32,000 bases of DNA from Halogeometricum borinquense DSM 11551 (lineage in GTDB: Archaea; Halobacteriota; Halobacteria; Halobacteriales; Haloferacaceae). Positions 8,533 through 18,303 of the stretch are shown here, one piece after another; position 1 is the stretch's first letter, and the number at the start of each line of letters is the position of its first letter. The stretch lies in the NCBI RefSeq assembly GCF_000172995.2, contig NC_014729.1, positions 1,950,001 to 1,982,000 on the forward strand. Direction: 5' to 3'. The notes beneath the pieces were generated by a model, which saw nothing but the letters and a program-made list of their open reading frames with translations, was not told the origin of the DNA and searched no databases. Position numbers and translations under genes: made by a program.

Positions 8533-9330
8533 ATGGAACTCCGCCGCCTCGTCAGGGGGCGCGTGGACTGGCCCCGACTCGAAGCCGTCGTCCGCGACTT
8601 ACGCGACCGATACGACCGTGAAGAGCTACACGTCCGGTTTCTCGAAGCGGACAACTGGCTCTCTACTCCGATGGTCGTCGATGACGAGTGGTTCGTTAAG
8701 GTCATCTCACGGCAGAACTCGCTTGTCCACGCCCTCTTTACCACAGGTCGCAACCTCGGTGCATTCTCCTCGGGTACCGAAGGCTTTTTCGAACACTTCG
8801 GCACGCCGCTCGAGATGGCTGAACACGAACTCGAGGCGACGCGGCGGATGCGAGAGATCGGTCTGAACGCCCCCGAACCCGTCGAATCGTTCGAGGTGGA
8901 CGGGCTCGGAATTCTCGTGTTGGAGTATCTTCAGGACTTCCGGACGCTCGACAAACTGGACCGCGAGGTCGAGAAACGACTCGCACCGCAGGTGTTCTCG
9001 TCACTCCGCACGATGCACGACCACAACCTCGTCCACGGCGACCTCCGCGCGGAGAACGTCCTCATCGTTGACGACGAGGTGTACTTCATCGACGCGACAA
9101 ACGTGAGCGAGGAAGGCGCGGCCGACGCGAAGTCGTACGACCTCGCGTGTGCCCTCGCGGCTATCGAACCACTTATCGGAGCGAAATCGACCGTCAACGC
9201 CGCGCTGGAGTCGTATGAGGTAGACGCGCTTTTGGACGCGCTCGACTTCCTCGATTTCGTCAACATCCGCCCGGACCACGACTTCGACGCCGCCGCCCTC
9301 AAAGGCGTCATCGAACAACGAGCGATCTAA
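8533..9330 (+). CDS. Protein-kinase-fold protein (RIO/Kdo/Bud32-like)
   Basis: 265 aa. The catalytic-loop-like LVHGDLRAENVLIVDDEVYFIDATN fits the HxDLxxxN ... xID pattern. A GGTGGT motif lies just upstream of the ATG. Confidence 0.6.
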   Translation: MELRRLVRGRVDWPRLEAVVRDLRDRYDREELHVRFLEADNWLSTPMVVDDEWFVKVISRQNSLVHALFTTGRNLGAFSSGTEGFFEHFGTPLEMAEHELEATRRMREIGLNAPEPVESFEVDGLGILVLEYLQDFRTLDKLDREVEKRLAPQVFSSLRTMHDHNLVHGDLRAENVLIVDDEVYFIDATNVSEEGAADAKSYDLACALAAIEPLIGAKSTVNAALESYEVDALLDALDFLDFVNIRPDHDFDAAALKGVIEQRAI

Positions 9331-9346
9331 CGGACTCTGCAAGTCG

Positions 9347-9352
9347 TTTTTT
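9347..9352 (+). terminator. Oligo-T tract downstream of the kinase-fold gene
   Basis: A T6 run lies 17 nt after the stop at 9330, fitting the archaeal oligo-T termination signal. Confidence 0.35.
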
Positions 9353-9354
9353 CC

Positions 9355-9714
9355 TCACCGGCTGTTGAGGTGCTTTTCGAGCAAGTTTGCGTTTCGGACG
9401 TTCGACTTCCAGACGGCGTCGAAAACGTCGCCCAGAACGGGGACCGACCCGACACCGAAGTCGATAGCGACGTTGAACAGCATCTGTCCGATGACGTGCC
9501 GATCTGCGCCGAGACGGACCGCCTCACCGACGGCGTACAGCGATACGACGGCGGTAACGAGGTCGCCCGACACCGGCAGCAGACCGACGACCGAATCCAG
9601 CCCGATTCCGACGTTCGTGCCGGGAATCGTCACCGCCTCGTCCATGATCTTCGCAAGAAACCGGACCCGGCGAAGGGCGTGTGCTTCCCGCGTCGAAAGC
9701 GCTGACTCTGACAT
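9355..9714 (-). CDS. DUF4112-like small membrane protein
   Basis: RFLAKIMDEAVTIPGTNVGIGLDSVVGLLPVSGDLVTAVVSLYAV...VPVLGDVFDAVWKSNVRNANLL matches the DUF4112 pattern from memory. I prefer the start at MSESALS (9714). An alternative upstream start at 9810 would add a non-acidic 32-aa extension. Confidence 0.6.
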   Translation of the reverse strand: MSESALSTREAHALRRVRFLAKIMDEAVTIPGTNVGIGLDSVVGLLPVSGDLVTAVVSLYAVGEAVRLGADRHVIGQMLFNVAIDFGVGSVPVLGDVFDAVWKSNVRNANLLEKHLNSR

Positions 9715-9827
9715 GTCATCGGATACGAACTCGATGGACGTGACTGTAGTGGTGGCCGCAGACGACCACTGTACGCCAGGAGAGCGGACAAAAACCGGGA
9801 CAACCGCCAAACGTCGAGAGGAAGGGG

Positions 9828-10580
9828 CTACTCGTAGTCCGCGCCACCGAGGTACAGTTGCGATACCTCGGGATTGTCGAGTAGGTCGTCCGCGTCGTCC
9901 TCGTAGGCGACGGAGCCTTGATCGAGGACGTAGCCGCGGTCGGAGATGGCGAGCCCCTCACGAGCGTTCTGTTCGACCATGAGGATAGCCGTTCCGAGTT
10001 CGTTCACCGTCTGTACGTCCTCGAACACGTCTTCGACGATGCTCGGTGCGAGACCGGCCGAGGGTTCATCGATAAGCAACACATCGGGTTCCATCACGAG
10101 TGCGCGGGCGAACGCGAGCACCTGACGTTGACCGCCTGAGAGCGTTCGCGCCTTCGCCTCACGCTTGTCGCGCAGGATAGGAAACCGCTCGTACAACTCG
10201 GAGATGACCTCCTCGATGCCGCTGCTTCGTGCGACGCCGCCCATCCGCAGGTTCTCGTCGATGGTGAGCGACCCGAACACGTTGTCCACCTGCGGGACGT
10301 AGCCAACGCCCATGCGGACGAGGTCTTCGGGGTCGGTCCCCGTGATGTCTTTGCCATCGAGCGTGACACTCCCTTCCCACGGCTTCAGGAGGCCGAAAAT
10401 CGTCTTCAACACCGTCGATTTTCCGGCTCCGTTCGGACCGATGAGACAGACGATTTCCCCGCGTTCGAGGTGGAGGTTCAGGTCGTGTAGCACCTGCGCC
10501 TCCCCGTAGCCCGAGTCTACGCCGGACACGTCGAGCGCACGCTTTGCGCGCGCTTCGGTTACGGTGTCTTCGGCGCTCAT
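9828..10580 (-). CDS. livF: Branched-chain amino-acid ABC transporter, ATP-binding protein (LivF-like)
   Basis: Walker A GPNGAGKST, signature LSGGQRQ, Walker B LLIDEPS. Its start overlaps the livG stop by 4 nt. Confidence 0.9.
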   Translation of the reverse strand: MSAEDTVTEARAKRALDVSGVDSGYGEAQVLHDLNLHLERGEIVCLIGPNGAGKSTVLKTIFGLLKPWEGSVTLDGKDITGTDPEDLVRMGVGYVPQVDNVFGSLTIDENLRMGGVARSSGIEEVISELYERFPILRDKREAKARTLSGGQRQVLAFARALVMEPDVLLIDEPSAGLAPSIVEDVFEDVQTVNELGTAILMVEQNAREGLAISDRGYVLDQGSVAYEDDADDLLDNPEVSQLYLGGADYE

Positions 10581-11413
10581 GGGCCGGCACCCCCGAGATA
10601 GGCGTCGATGACGCGTTGGTCTGAGCGAACTGCCTCCGGCGTTCCCTCCATCAGTACTTTGCCTTGGTCGAGAACGATGACTGGGTCTGCGAGATCCATG
10701 ATGAACGGCATGTCGTGTTCGATGATGAGGAAGGTCTGCCCTTCGTCGTTGAGTTCGCGGATGAATCGCTTGATATCGTTCGCCAGCGTAGGATTGACCC
10801 CCGCGACGGGTTCGTCCAACAGCAGGATATCCGGATCCGTCGTGAACGCCCGCGCGAGTTCGACTAGTTTCAACTGCCCGCCAGAGAGGTCGGTAGACGG
10901 TTGGTCGATGAGGTGGCCAATCTCGAACCGTTCGAGCAGCCGTTCTGCGCGCTCGACGTTCGCTCGCTCTTCGTTCAGCACCTTCGACGGCGAAAGCCAG
11001 AGGGGAAGGATAGACTCCCCCGACTGGTTCGTCGCGCCGACGAGCATCGCCTCGCGGACGGTCATCCCCTCCAGCCGTCGCGGCGTCTGGAAGGTCCGAA
11101 CGAGCCCCTCTCTTGCGGTTTCGTACGGTTTCAGATCCGTCACATCTGTGTCGTTCACCCAGACGCGACCGCCGTCGAGTTCGTAGAATCCCGAGATGAG
11201 GTTGAACAGCGTGGACTTGCCAGCGCCGTTCGGCCCGATCATCCCCGTGATGGTGCCACGTTCGATTTCGACGGAGACGCCGTCGGTGGCGACGAGGCCA
11301 CCGAACGTCTTTCTGAGGTCTTCCGTCCGGAGCACCACATCGTCCTTCCCGAGGTTCGCCCCCTCGTAGGTCATCTCCTCGTGACTGCCGGTCTGTCCGG
11401 CGTGGTTACTCAT
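10577..11413 (-). CDS. livG: Branched-chain amino-acid ABC transporter, ATP-binding protein (LivG-like)
   Basis: Walker A GPNGAGKSTLFN, signature LSGGQLK, Walker B LLLDEPVAG. It has 4-nt overlaps with both neighbouring genes. Confidence 0.9.
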   Translation of the reverse strand: MSNHAGQTGSHEEMTYEGANLGKDDVVLRTEDLRKTFGGLVATDGVSVEIERGTITGMIGPNGAGKSTLFNLISGFYELDGGRVWVNDTDVTDLKPYETAREGLVRTFQTPRRLEGMTVREAMLVGATNQSGESILPLWLSPSKVLNEERANVERAERLLERFEIGHLIDQPSTDLSGGQLKLVELARAFTTDPDILLLDEPVAGVNPTLANDIKRFIRELNDEGQTFLIIEHDMPFIMDLADPVIVLDQGKVLMEGTPEAVRSDQRVIDAYLGGAGP

Positions 11414-12504
11414 TCGTCACCCTCCTCCCGGCGTGCGCCGGGCCAGATGAGTTCGTCGCGCGGCGGAAGCAGCCCCTCCGGTCGCACGCGAACGACGAGG
11501 ATGATGAGAACGCCGACGAACAGCAGTCTGAGCGGTGCCAAGTCGAGACCGAGTGCAGTGAACGCCTGAACATCGTTGAGAAAGCGCGTCCCTTCGCGGA
11601 TGGCGATGACCGTTGCCGCACCGAGGACCGCGCCGCGGTTCGAGCCGGTGCCGCCGAGGATGACGGCGACCCAGATGTAGAACGTCGTCAGCGGGATGAG
11701 GTCCGAAGGGTCGATGTAGAGATTCATGTGGACGTAGAACGCCCCCGCGATAGCCATGATAATCGACCCGAGAACGAACGCTTGCATCTTGAATGCGTAC
11801 GTATTCTTCCCCAGTGCCTTCGCTAAGTCCTCGTCGGAGCGAATCGTTCGCAGGACGCGGCCCCACGGCGAGCGGTGAACCCGTCGAAGGAACACGTAGA
11901 CGAGGCCGATGAGGCCGACGATGATCGCGAGGTTCGTCGCGTTCTGCGTCAGCGGCAGCGACTCGAACAGTTCCGGGATACCCGAGATGCCGCTAGAGCC
12001 AGCCGTCCACTGCTCCTCGTTGAGGATGATTCGCCGGACGACTTCGGCCAGTCCGAGCGATGCGATGGCGAGGTAGTCCTCGCGCAAGCGGAGCGTCGGG
12101 ATGCCGATGAGAACGGCGAGTATCGCACTGACGACGATTGCCGCGAAGAAGCCGAATATCGGGTGTAATCCGAGTCCGAGCGGGGACGTTGGCGCACTCA
12201 ACAACGCCGCCGAGTAGGCACCGATGCCCCAGAACGCGGCCACGGAGAAGTTGATCAGGCCCGCATATCCCCACTGGACGTTCAACCCGAGCGTAAGCAG
12301 GACGTACATCCCTGCAAGCGAGAGCAGCGAAAGTAGGAACGGCAGACGGACGACGCCGAGCACCGTCGCCAACAGCAAAACGAGTGCGATACCCGCGACG
12401 CCCGCGAGGACGTTTCGTTCGCTCTGCGACCGGACGAGCGTGTCGTAGAGTCCGCCAAGGCCGCTCGTTCGCCGGGCAGTGTCGGTAGGTGTCTCCTCGC
12501 TCAT
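11410..12504 (-). CDS. livM: Branched-chain amino-acid ABC transporter permease (LivM-like)
   Basis: 364-aa polytopic membrane protein in operon position between livH and livG. Its start overlaps the livH stop by 4 nt. Confidence 0.85.
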   Translation of the reverse strand: MSEETPTDTARRTSGLGGLYDTLVRSQSERNVLAGVAGIALVLLLATVLGVVRLPFLLSLLSLAGMYVLLTLGLNVQWGYAGLINFSVAAFWGIGAYSAALLSAPTSPLGLGLHPIFGFFAAIVVSAILAVLIGIPTLRLREDYLAIASLGLAEVVRRIILNEEQWTAGSSGISGIPELFESLPLTQNATNLAIIVGLIGLVYVFLRRVHRSPWGRVLRTIRSDEDLAKALGKNTYAFKMQAFVLGSIIMAIAGAFYVHMNLYIDPSDLIPLTTFYIWVAVILGGTGSNRGAVLGAATVIAIREGTRFLNDVQAFTALGLDLAPLRLLFVGVLIILVVRVRPEGLLPPRDELIWPGARREEGDE

Positions 12505-13448
12505 GTCGCATCACCCGCGATTCCTTGCGGCCGGACGAGGAGAATGACGACCATGATGACGAACGCGACGGCAGCGGCGTATTCCGTACCGATAGGAATG
12601 CCAACGAGACTGAAAAGCGGCGTCAGTTCGTACAACAGCCCGATGACGAGGCCGCCGAGCATCGCACCGTAGACGGAGCCGATGCCGCCGAGGATGACCG
12701 CCGCGAACACGATAAGCAGGATGTCGAAGCCCATGCGCGGGTGAATGAGCGTCTCTAATCCGAGGAAGACACCGCCCGCGGCGGCGAGCGCGCCGCCGAT
12801 CACCCACATGGCGATAATGACCTCTTTCGTCCGGATCCCGCTCACGCGTGCGAGGTTCGGATCGTCCGCGGTGGCGCGCATCTTCCGACCGAGCGTCGTG
12901 TACTGCAAGACGAGATGCAGCGTGCCGACGAGAACGAGTGCCGAGACGACGGCGACGACCTGCCGGGGCGTCACGGCGATGTTGAACAGTTCGCGGAGTA
13001 CCGGAATCGGTCCTTCGCGGGGAACGCCGTACCGCGACGACCCCGTCCCGAATGCGAGGAAGATGACCGCACGGTACGCGAGAGCGACGCCGATACTCGT
13101 GATGAGGAGTTCGATAGACCCCGTGTCGAGGGGTCGGTAGATGACGAATTCGGTCAGAACGACGACGACGGCGGCGGCGGCCATCCCGACGAGCAGCGCG
13201 ACGAACATCCACACCGGGAAGCCGAAGATGAGAATGCCCTCCATCGCGGGCGCGAGGACGCCAGCGGAAGCAAGGGCACCGAACGCGCCGACAGTCATCG
13301 TGTCGCCGTGCGCGAAGTTAGCGAAGTCAGCGATGCTGTACACCAACGACAGGCCGATGGAGGCCAACACGATGACGCTACTGAAGACGATACCGTTGAC
13401 GAGGAACTGAGCCGGGTTCAGCCCTTGCAACGGGACGAGTAACGTCAT
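12501..13448 (-). CDS. livH: Branched-chain amino-acid ABC transporter permease (LivH-like)
   Basis: 315-aa polytopic membrane protein. It has the FAHGDTMTVGAF motif typical of LivH-type permeases. Confidence 0.85.
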   Translation of the reverse strand: MTLLVPLQGLNPAQFLVNGIVFSSVIVLASIGLSLVYSIADFANFAHGDTMTVGAFGALASAGVLAPAMEGILIFGFPVWMFVALLVGMAAAAVVVVLTEFVIYRPLDTGSIELLITSIGVALAYRAVIFLAFGTGSSRYGVPREGPIPVLRELFNIAVTPRQVVAVVSALVLVGTLHLVLQYTTLGRKMRATADDPNLARVSGIRTKEVIIAMWVIGGALAAAGGVFLGLETLIHPRMGFDILLIVFAAVILGGIGSVYGAMLGGLVIGLLYELTPLFSLVGIPIGTEYAAAVAFVIMVVILLVRPQGIAGDAT

Positions 13449-13496
13449 GGTTGCCTCCCAGGGCGATGCCCCGTCTGTCCACCCATGTTGTTCATC

Positions 13497-14807
13497 TTAG
13501 CTCGTGATGTAGTCGCCGTACTTGTACTGGTGCTCCGCTACGGAGTAGACTTGGTAGAGCCCCGGCGGATCACCGTTTTCGTCCAAGTCAACGGGACCGC
13601 TGACGCCCTGATAGTTCACGTCGCTGGGCGATCCGCCGTCTCTGAGTATCTCCGCCGCTTCGCTGAAGGTGAACACTTCCTGTCCCTCCGGACGCGTTAC
13701 GTCGCGCACGACGGACTTCAGCGCCGAGCCGGTGAACTCGTCTGCCGCCTCGATGGCGATTGCCGCGATAGTGACGGCGTCATAGGCGTACGCCGCCCAC
13801 ACCGTCGGTGAGGTATCGTACTCGGACTTGAACCGCGAAACGAAGTTCTGGTAGTTCTCTTGGTCTGCGGGCGCAGATTCCGTGATGCCCTTCATGCCGT
13901 TGAGGCTTCCCTCCGGTGTGTTCTCCAGAATCTCGTCTGCGATGGTGGATTCTGCACCGTAGTAGTCAACGCCCGTGTTGTAGCCCTGGTCGAACGCCTC
14001 GTTCGCCATAACGGTCATCTCGTTGGCGTAGGTGAGGAACAGCCACGCCGACGCGTCCGTCGAGGCCATCTTCGTCAGCGTTCCGCTGTACGAGGACTGC
14101 CCCTGGTCGTGCGGTTCGTTGAACACGACTTCACCCTCGAAGTTCTCCGCGAACACTTCGGAGAGACCGCTCCCGTAGTCGTTGTTAATCCACGTGACGG
14201 CGACTTTGTCGTGGTCGTCGCCGGCGACGAACTGCGCGAGCGCCTTCCCCTTGGCCGACCCGGACGGACTCGTCCGCAGGAGGCCCGGCCGGGTGGTGAG
14301 TTCCGGACTCGTGGAGTTCTGCGAGATCTGTACGACGCCGGACCCCTTGGTCACGGAGTCGTACATGGCGATGGAGACGCCGGAACCGACAGCGCCGATG
14401 AACAGCGGGACGCCGTTCTGTTCGACGAGTTTCTGCGCCGCGGTGACGCCCGATTGGTTGGAAGACTCGGAGTCCTCAACGGCGATGCTTAGTTGTGCCC
14501 CCTCAGAGCCGATACCCGTCTCGTTGATTGCGGCTACTGCCAAGTCCTTCCCACGCTGGTTCCGATTGCCGTAGGGGGCAAGCGAGCCAGTGAGTGCGTC
14601 TACCATCCCAATGGTGTACGAGTCCTGACCACCGGAGTCCCCACCCTCCGTTCCTGTCCCGGAGCCATCGCCGGTGTCGCCGCCTCCACTCGTCGGCGTT
14701 GATTCGGTGTCTTCGAGACACCCAGCCATTCCTGCCACAAGACCCATTCCGGATAATTTGAGAAGCGTACGGCGGTCCACACGTCCGCCCGTGCCATCAG
14801 ATTGCAT
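13497..14807 (-). CDS. ABC transporter substrate-binding lipoprotein (LivJ/K-type, Tat signal plus lipobox)
   Basis: The N-terminus VDRRTLLKLSGMGLVAGMAGC carries a twin-arginine motif and a lipobox Cys. A Gly/Ser/Thr/Asp linker follows, then a periplasmic-binding-protein type I body. It is the first gene of the operon. Confidence 0.85.
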   Translation of the reverse strand: MQSDGTGGRVDRRTLLKLSGMGLVAGMAGCLEDTESTPTSGGGDTGDGSGTGTEGGDSGGQDSYTIGMVDALTGSLAPYGNRNQRGKDLAVAAINETGIGSEGAQLSIAVEDSESSNQSGVTAAQKLVEQNGVPLFIGAVGSGVSIAMYDSVTKGSGVVQISQNSTSPELTTRPGLLRTSPSGSAKGKALAQFVAGDDHDKVAVTWINNDYGSGLSEVFAENFEGEVVFNEPHDQGQSSYSGTLTKMASTDASAWLFLTYANEMTVMANEAFDQGYNTGVDYYGAESTIADEILENTPEGSLNGMKGITESAPADQENYQNFVSRFKSEYDTSPTVWAAYAYDAVTIAAIAIEAADEFTGSALKSVVRDVTRPEGQEVFTFSEAAEILRDGGSPSDVNYQGVSGPVDLDENGDPPGLYQVYSVAEHQYKYGDYITS

Positions 14808-14976
14808 GACGAAGTATCGTCACCAGTGTTCAGGGATAAGGTTACCGCCTACCATGGTCGGTTGTAGCATCCGTGAACCAGAGATCGGGCCTCTCAACGC
14901 CCGAAGCGGTGGTTTCGGATCGTAGACACGAGAGTGTACATGGTCGGGTTGACCACTAAGGGCCTCGCTGACTCAC

Positions 14977-15816
14977 ATGAGAGCGATGATACCACCGGTT
15001 GCGAACAACTTCGTCGCGGGAGAAGACGTCGAAGGGGTCCTCTCGCACGTCGCAGAGACGAACGAACGTGGAATCAGCGGCATCGTGAACTTACTCGGCG
15101 AACACTACGACGACCGTTCGGACGCGGCCGCCGACACCGAAGTGTATCTCGAACTCGCAGAGCAGATCGACGAGCGAGATCTGGATTGTTGTCTCTCGGT
15201 GAAACCATCGCAAATCGGTCTCGACATCGGTGAAGACGTGTTTCGACGGAACCTCAGCCGTATCGTCGAGCACGCTGACGAACACGGCATCTTCGTCTGG
15301 GTGGACATGGAAGACCACGACACGACTGATGCGACTCTCGACGCGTTCGAGGAGAACGCGCGAGAGTACGGTGACGTCGGCGTTTGTGTGCAGGCGAATC
15401 TGAAACGAACCGCAGAAGACCTGCGTCGGTTGGCCGACCTGCCGGGGAAGGTCCGTCTCGTAAAGGGCGCGTACGACGAACCGAAAGAAATCGCGTACCG
15501 GGACAAGGCGACGGTGGACGAGAAGTACCGCGAGTATCTGACGTTCATGTTCGAGGAGTTCGACGACGGTATCGCCGTCGGGAGTCACGACGTGGCGATG
15601 ATCAACCACGCCGCCGACTGCTACCGCGAGTACGGGACGCCGTTCGAGGTACAGATGCTCATGGGCGTCCGCGAGAACCTGCAAGACGAACTTGTCGATT
15701 CGATGCCCGTCTACCAGTACGTGCCCTACGGTCCCAAGTGGTTCTCGTACTTCACCCGGCGGGTGCGTGAACGTAAGGAGAACGCGCTGTTCGCTCTGCG
15801 CGCCGTCTTCGGGTGA
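14977..15816 (+). CDS. Proline dehydrogenase family protein
   Basis: 279 aa with the C-terminal motif YVPYGPKWFSYFTRRVRERKEN typical of monofunctional ProDH/PutA-like enzymes. An alternative ATG is at 14986. Confidence 0.85.
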   Translation: MRAMIPPVANNFVAGEDVEGVLSHVAETNERGISGIVNLLGEHYDDRSDAAADTEVYLELAEQIDERDLDCCLSVKPSQIGLDIGEDVFRRNLSRIVEHADEHGIFVWVDMEDHDTTDATLDAFEENAREYGDVGVCVQANLKRTAEDLRRLADLPGKVRLVKGAYDEPKEIAYRDKATVDEKYREYLTFMFEEFDDGIAVGSHDVAMINHAADCYREYGTPFEVQMLMGVRENLQDELVDSMPVYQYVPYGPKWFSYFTRRVRERKENALFALRAVFG

Positions 15817-15826
15817 TCGGGCTGGG

Positions 15827-16555
15827 TCAGTTCGAGTCGGGGTCGAGCAGTTTCGCTTCTGCCTTCCGGAGATGTTCGAGTAGCGTCGTTTTCGAGATGT
15901 CCAACTCTGCGGCGAGGTCGCGCGTCGAGACCCCACGCGGCCACTGGTAATAGCCGCGTTCGCGCGCGAGTTCGAACACCTCGCGTTGTGTCGGCGTCAG
16001 CGTCCCCAGTCGTCTGGCACGCTCGGGTTCGACAGTGTCTGAAGACGCGATTCGCTCGACGCTGATCTCTGCGCCTGCCTCCTCACGGACCGCGTCGAGG
16101 GCGGTTTCGATATTGCCTCGTTCCCCGGCGAAACAGACCTTCCAGTACTCCCGCCCGCCCTCGATTCGGGTGGGGGCGCTGTGAACGAACCCCTGCTGGA
16201 GAAGCGTCGGACAGACCATGTCGGCCGGGTCGTACTCCAAGAAGAATTCGCGCGCGACTCGACCGGGCGCGACCTGCGCGGCAGTCTGCCCGAATCGCTC
16301 CTGTAGTTCCTGTACCTCACCACCGTATTCGGATGCCTCAATCGCATCCAGCAACGTCTCTACTTCCTCAACGGTGTCGCCGTAGGCGGTGAACAAACCG
16401 TTCACCGTCGTCGTCCCTGTCTCCGGCGCGTGGTAAATTGCGTGTGCGAGAATGCCACCCGGATACTGTTCGGTTGCTTCGATCGCCCAACAGTTCGGAT
16501 GCCATAGGTCCAGCGTGAGACGCGTCCCCGCTCGCGTTGCTCCGCGTACGGCCAT
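15827..16555 (-). CDS. Bat-type (HTH_10) transcriptional regulator
   Basis: The C-terminal LTPTQREVFELARERGYYQWPRGVSTRDLAAELDISKTTLLEHLRKAEAKLL is the bacterio-opsin-activator HTH signature. It is divergent from the aldehyde dehydrogenase gene. Confidence 0.8.
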   Translation of the reverse strand: MAVRGATRAGTRLTLDLWHPNCWAIEATEQYPGGILAHAIYHAPETGTTTVNGLFTAYGDTVEEVETLLDAIEASEYGGEVQELQERFGQTAAQVAPGRVAREFFLEYDPADMVCPTLLQQGFVHSAPTRIEGGREYWKVCFAGERGNIETALDAVREEAGAEISVERIASSDTVEPERARRLGTLTPTQREVFELARERGYYQWPRGVSTRDLAAELDISKTTLLEHLRKAEAKLLDPDSN

Positions 16556-16706
16556 ATACCTCTAGACTGGTCTACTCGCGGATATAGTGTTTGTTTCTCA
16601 TGCCGATCCGTGTCTGTTTTGAATCATTCGAATTTCATCCGACAATTTAGCGGCCGTCCATGGGAGGGACGGCGACTATTAAGTAAGGTTCGAGAATATT
16701 GCCAGT

Positions 16707-18233
16707 ATGGCGAACGGCCAAGTGTACCAACACTACATCAACGGTGAATGGACAGACGGAACAGGTGACAGCACGTTCGAGAGTGAGAATCCGGCAACGG
16801 GCGAGACGCTTGGCGAATTCCGACGCGGGACGCCGGAAGACGTAGACGCCGCACTCGCAGCAGCCAAAGACGCCGAAGAGGAATGGCAAGCACTCTCGCA
16901 CATCGACCGCGCAGAGTATCTCTGGGACATCTACCACGAACTCAAAGACCGCCACGAGGAACTCGGCGAAATCGTCTCCAAAGAGTGTGGAAAGGAGATT
17001 AGCGAAGGGAAAGCCGACGTGACCGAAGCGTGGCACATGGTCGAGTGGGCCGCAGGCGACGCCCGACACCCCAAGGGCGACGTGGTTCCCTCCGAAATCG
17101 CCTCGAAGGACGCCTACATGCGCCGCAAGCCCCGCGGCGTCATCGGCTGTGTCACGCCGTGGAACTTCCCGGTCGCGATTCCGTTCTGGCATATGGCTGT
17201 GTCCCTCGTCGAGGGGAACACCGTCGTCTGGAAGCCCGCCGAACAGACGCCGTGGTGCGGTCAGATCATCGCCGAGATGTTCGAGGATGCCGGCATCCCG
17301 GACGGCGTGTTCAACATGGTCCAAGGCTTCGGCGACGCTGGCGAAGCTATCGTGGACGACTCGCGCGTCGATACGGTTCTCTTTACTGGCTCCGCAGAAG
17401 TCGGCCACGAAATCGCCTCGAAAGTCGGCGGCGAACCCGGCAAACTGGCCGCCTGTGAGATGGGCGGGAAGAACGGCATCGTCGTCACCGAGAACGCCGA
17501 CCTCGACATCGCCGTCCACTCGGCGGTCATGTCGTCGTTCAAGACGACCGGTCAGCGCTGTGTCTCTTCCGAACGCCTCATCGTCCACGAGTCGGTCTAC
17601 GATGAGTTCAAAGAGCGCTTCGTCGAAGCCGCAAAGAACGTCGCCGTCGGCGACCCCCTCAAAGAGGACACGTTCATGGGTCCCCTCATCGAGGAGGGCC
17701 ACCACGAGAAGGTGACCAAGTACAACGAACTGGCGAAAAAAGAGGACGTGAACGTCCTCGTCGATCGGACGGAACTCGATGCCGACGAGATTCCGGACGG
17801 TCACGAAGAAGGGTACTGGATCGGCCCGTTCGTCTACGAAGCGGACGCGCACGCCGACCTGCGCTGTACGCACGAGGAAGTGTTCGGCCCGCACGTCGCC
17901 CTGCTTGAGTACTCCGGCGACATCGAGGAAGCGGTCGAAATCCACAACGACACCAACTACGGTCTCGCCGGTGCCATCATCTCCGAGGACTACCGCGAGA
18001 TTAACTACTACCGCGACAACGCGGAAGTCGGGCTTGCCTACGGCAACCTGCCGTGCATTGGTGCGGAAGTTCACCTGCCTTTCGGCGGCGTGAAGAAGTC
18101 CGGCAACGGCTACCCGAGCGCCCGCGAGGTTATCGAGGCAGTCACCGAGCGGACGGCGTGGACGCTGAACAACTCCAAGGACATCGAGATGGCGCAGGGT
18201 CTCTCTGCGGACATCAAGACGAAAGAGGACTAA
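16707..18233 (+). CDS. Aldehyde dehydrogenase (context suggests 1-pyrroline-5-carboxylate / glutamate semialdehyde dehydrogenase)
   Basis: 508 aa. ALDH signatures present are VTPWNFP, the catalytic Glu in ACEMGGKN and the catalytic Cys in TTGQRCVSSER. Its substrate is inferred only from the adjacency to proline dehydrogenase. Confidence 0.9.
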   Translation: MANGQVYQHYINGEWTDGTGDSTFESENPATGETLGEFRRGTPEDVDAALAAAKDAEEEWQALSHIDRAEYLWDIYHELKDRHEELGEIVSKECGKEISEGKADVTEAWHMVEWAAGDARHPKGDVVPSEIASKDAYMRRKPRGVIGCVTPWNFPVAIPFWHMAVSLVEGNTVVWKPAEQTPWCGQIIAEMFEDAGIPDGVFNMVQGFGDAGEAIVDDSRVDTVLFTGSAEVGHEIASKVGGEPGKLAACEMGGKNGIVVTENADLDIAVHSAVMSSFKTTGQRCVSSERLIVHESVYDEFKERFVEAAKNVAVGDPLKEDTFMGPLIEEGHHEKVTKYNELAKKEDVNVLVDRTELDADEIPDGHEEGYWIGPFVYEADAHADLRCTHEEVFGPHVALLEYSGDIEEAVEIHNDTNYGLAGAIISEDYREINYYRDNAEVGLAYGNLPCIGAEVHLPFGGVKKSGNGYPSAREVIEAVTERTAWTLNNSKDIEMAQGLSADIKTKED

Positions 18234-18297
18234 CGAGGAATTCCTGCCGGTGACCGTCTAATCGGCGGTCTCGGTCCTCACCTCTCGACGTAATCAC

Positions 18298-18303
18298 TTT
18301 TTT
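18298..18303 (+). terminator. Oligo-T tract downstream of the aldehyde dehydrogenase gene
   Basis: A T6 run lies about 65 nt after the stop at 18233. Confidence 0.3.

Noticed and set aside
16647-18074. 475-aa minus-strand ORF antisense to the aldehyde dehydrogenase. Similar cases are 29359..30693 (minus), 26616..27686 (plus), 7003..7926 (plus) and 5140..5937 (plus).
   Set aside because: Each fully overlaps a gene with strong family signatures on the other strand. Their products are Arg/Val/Asp-rich with no recognisable motifs. They are typical stop-codon-poor antisense frames of high-GC genomes.
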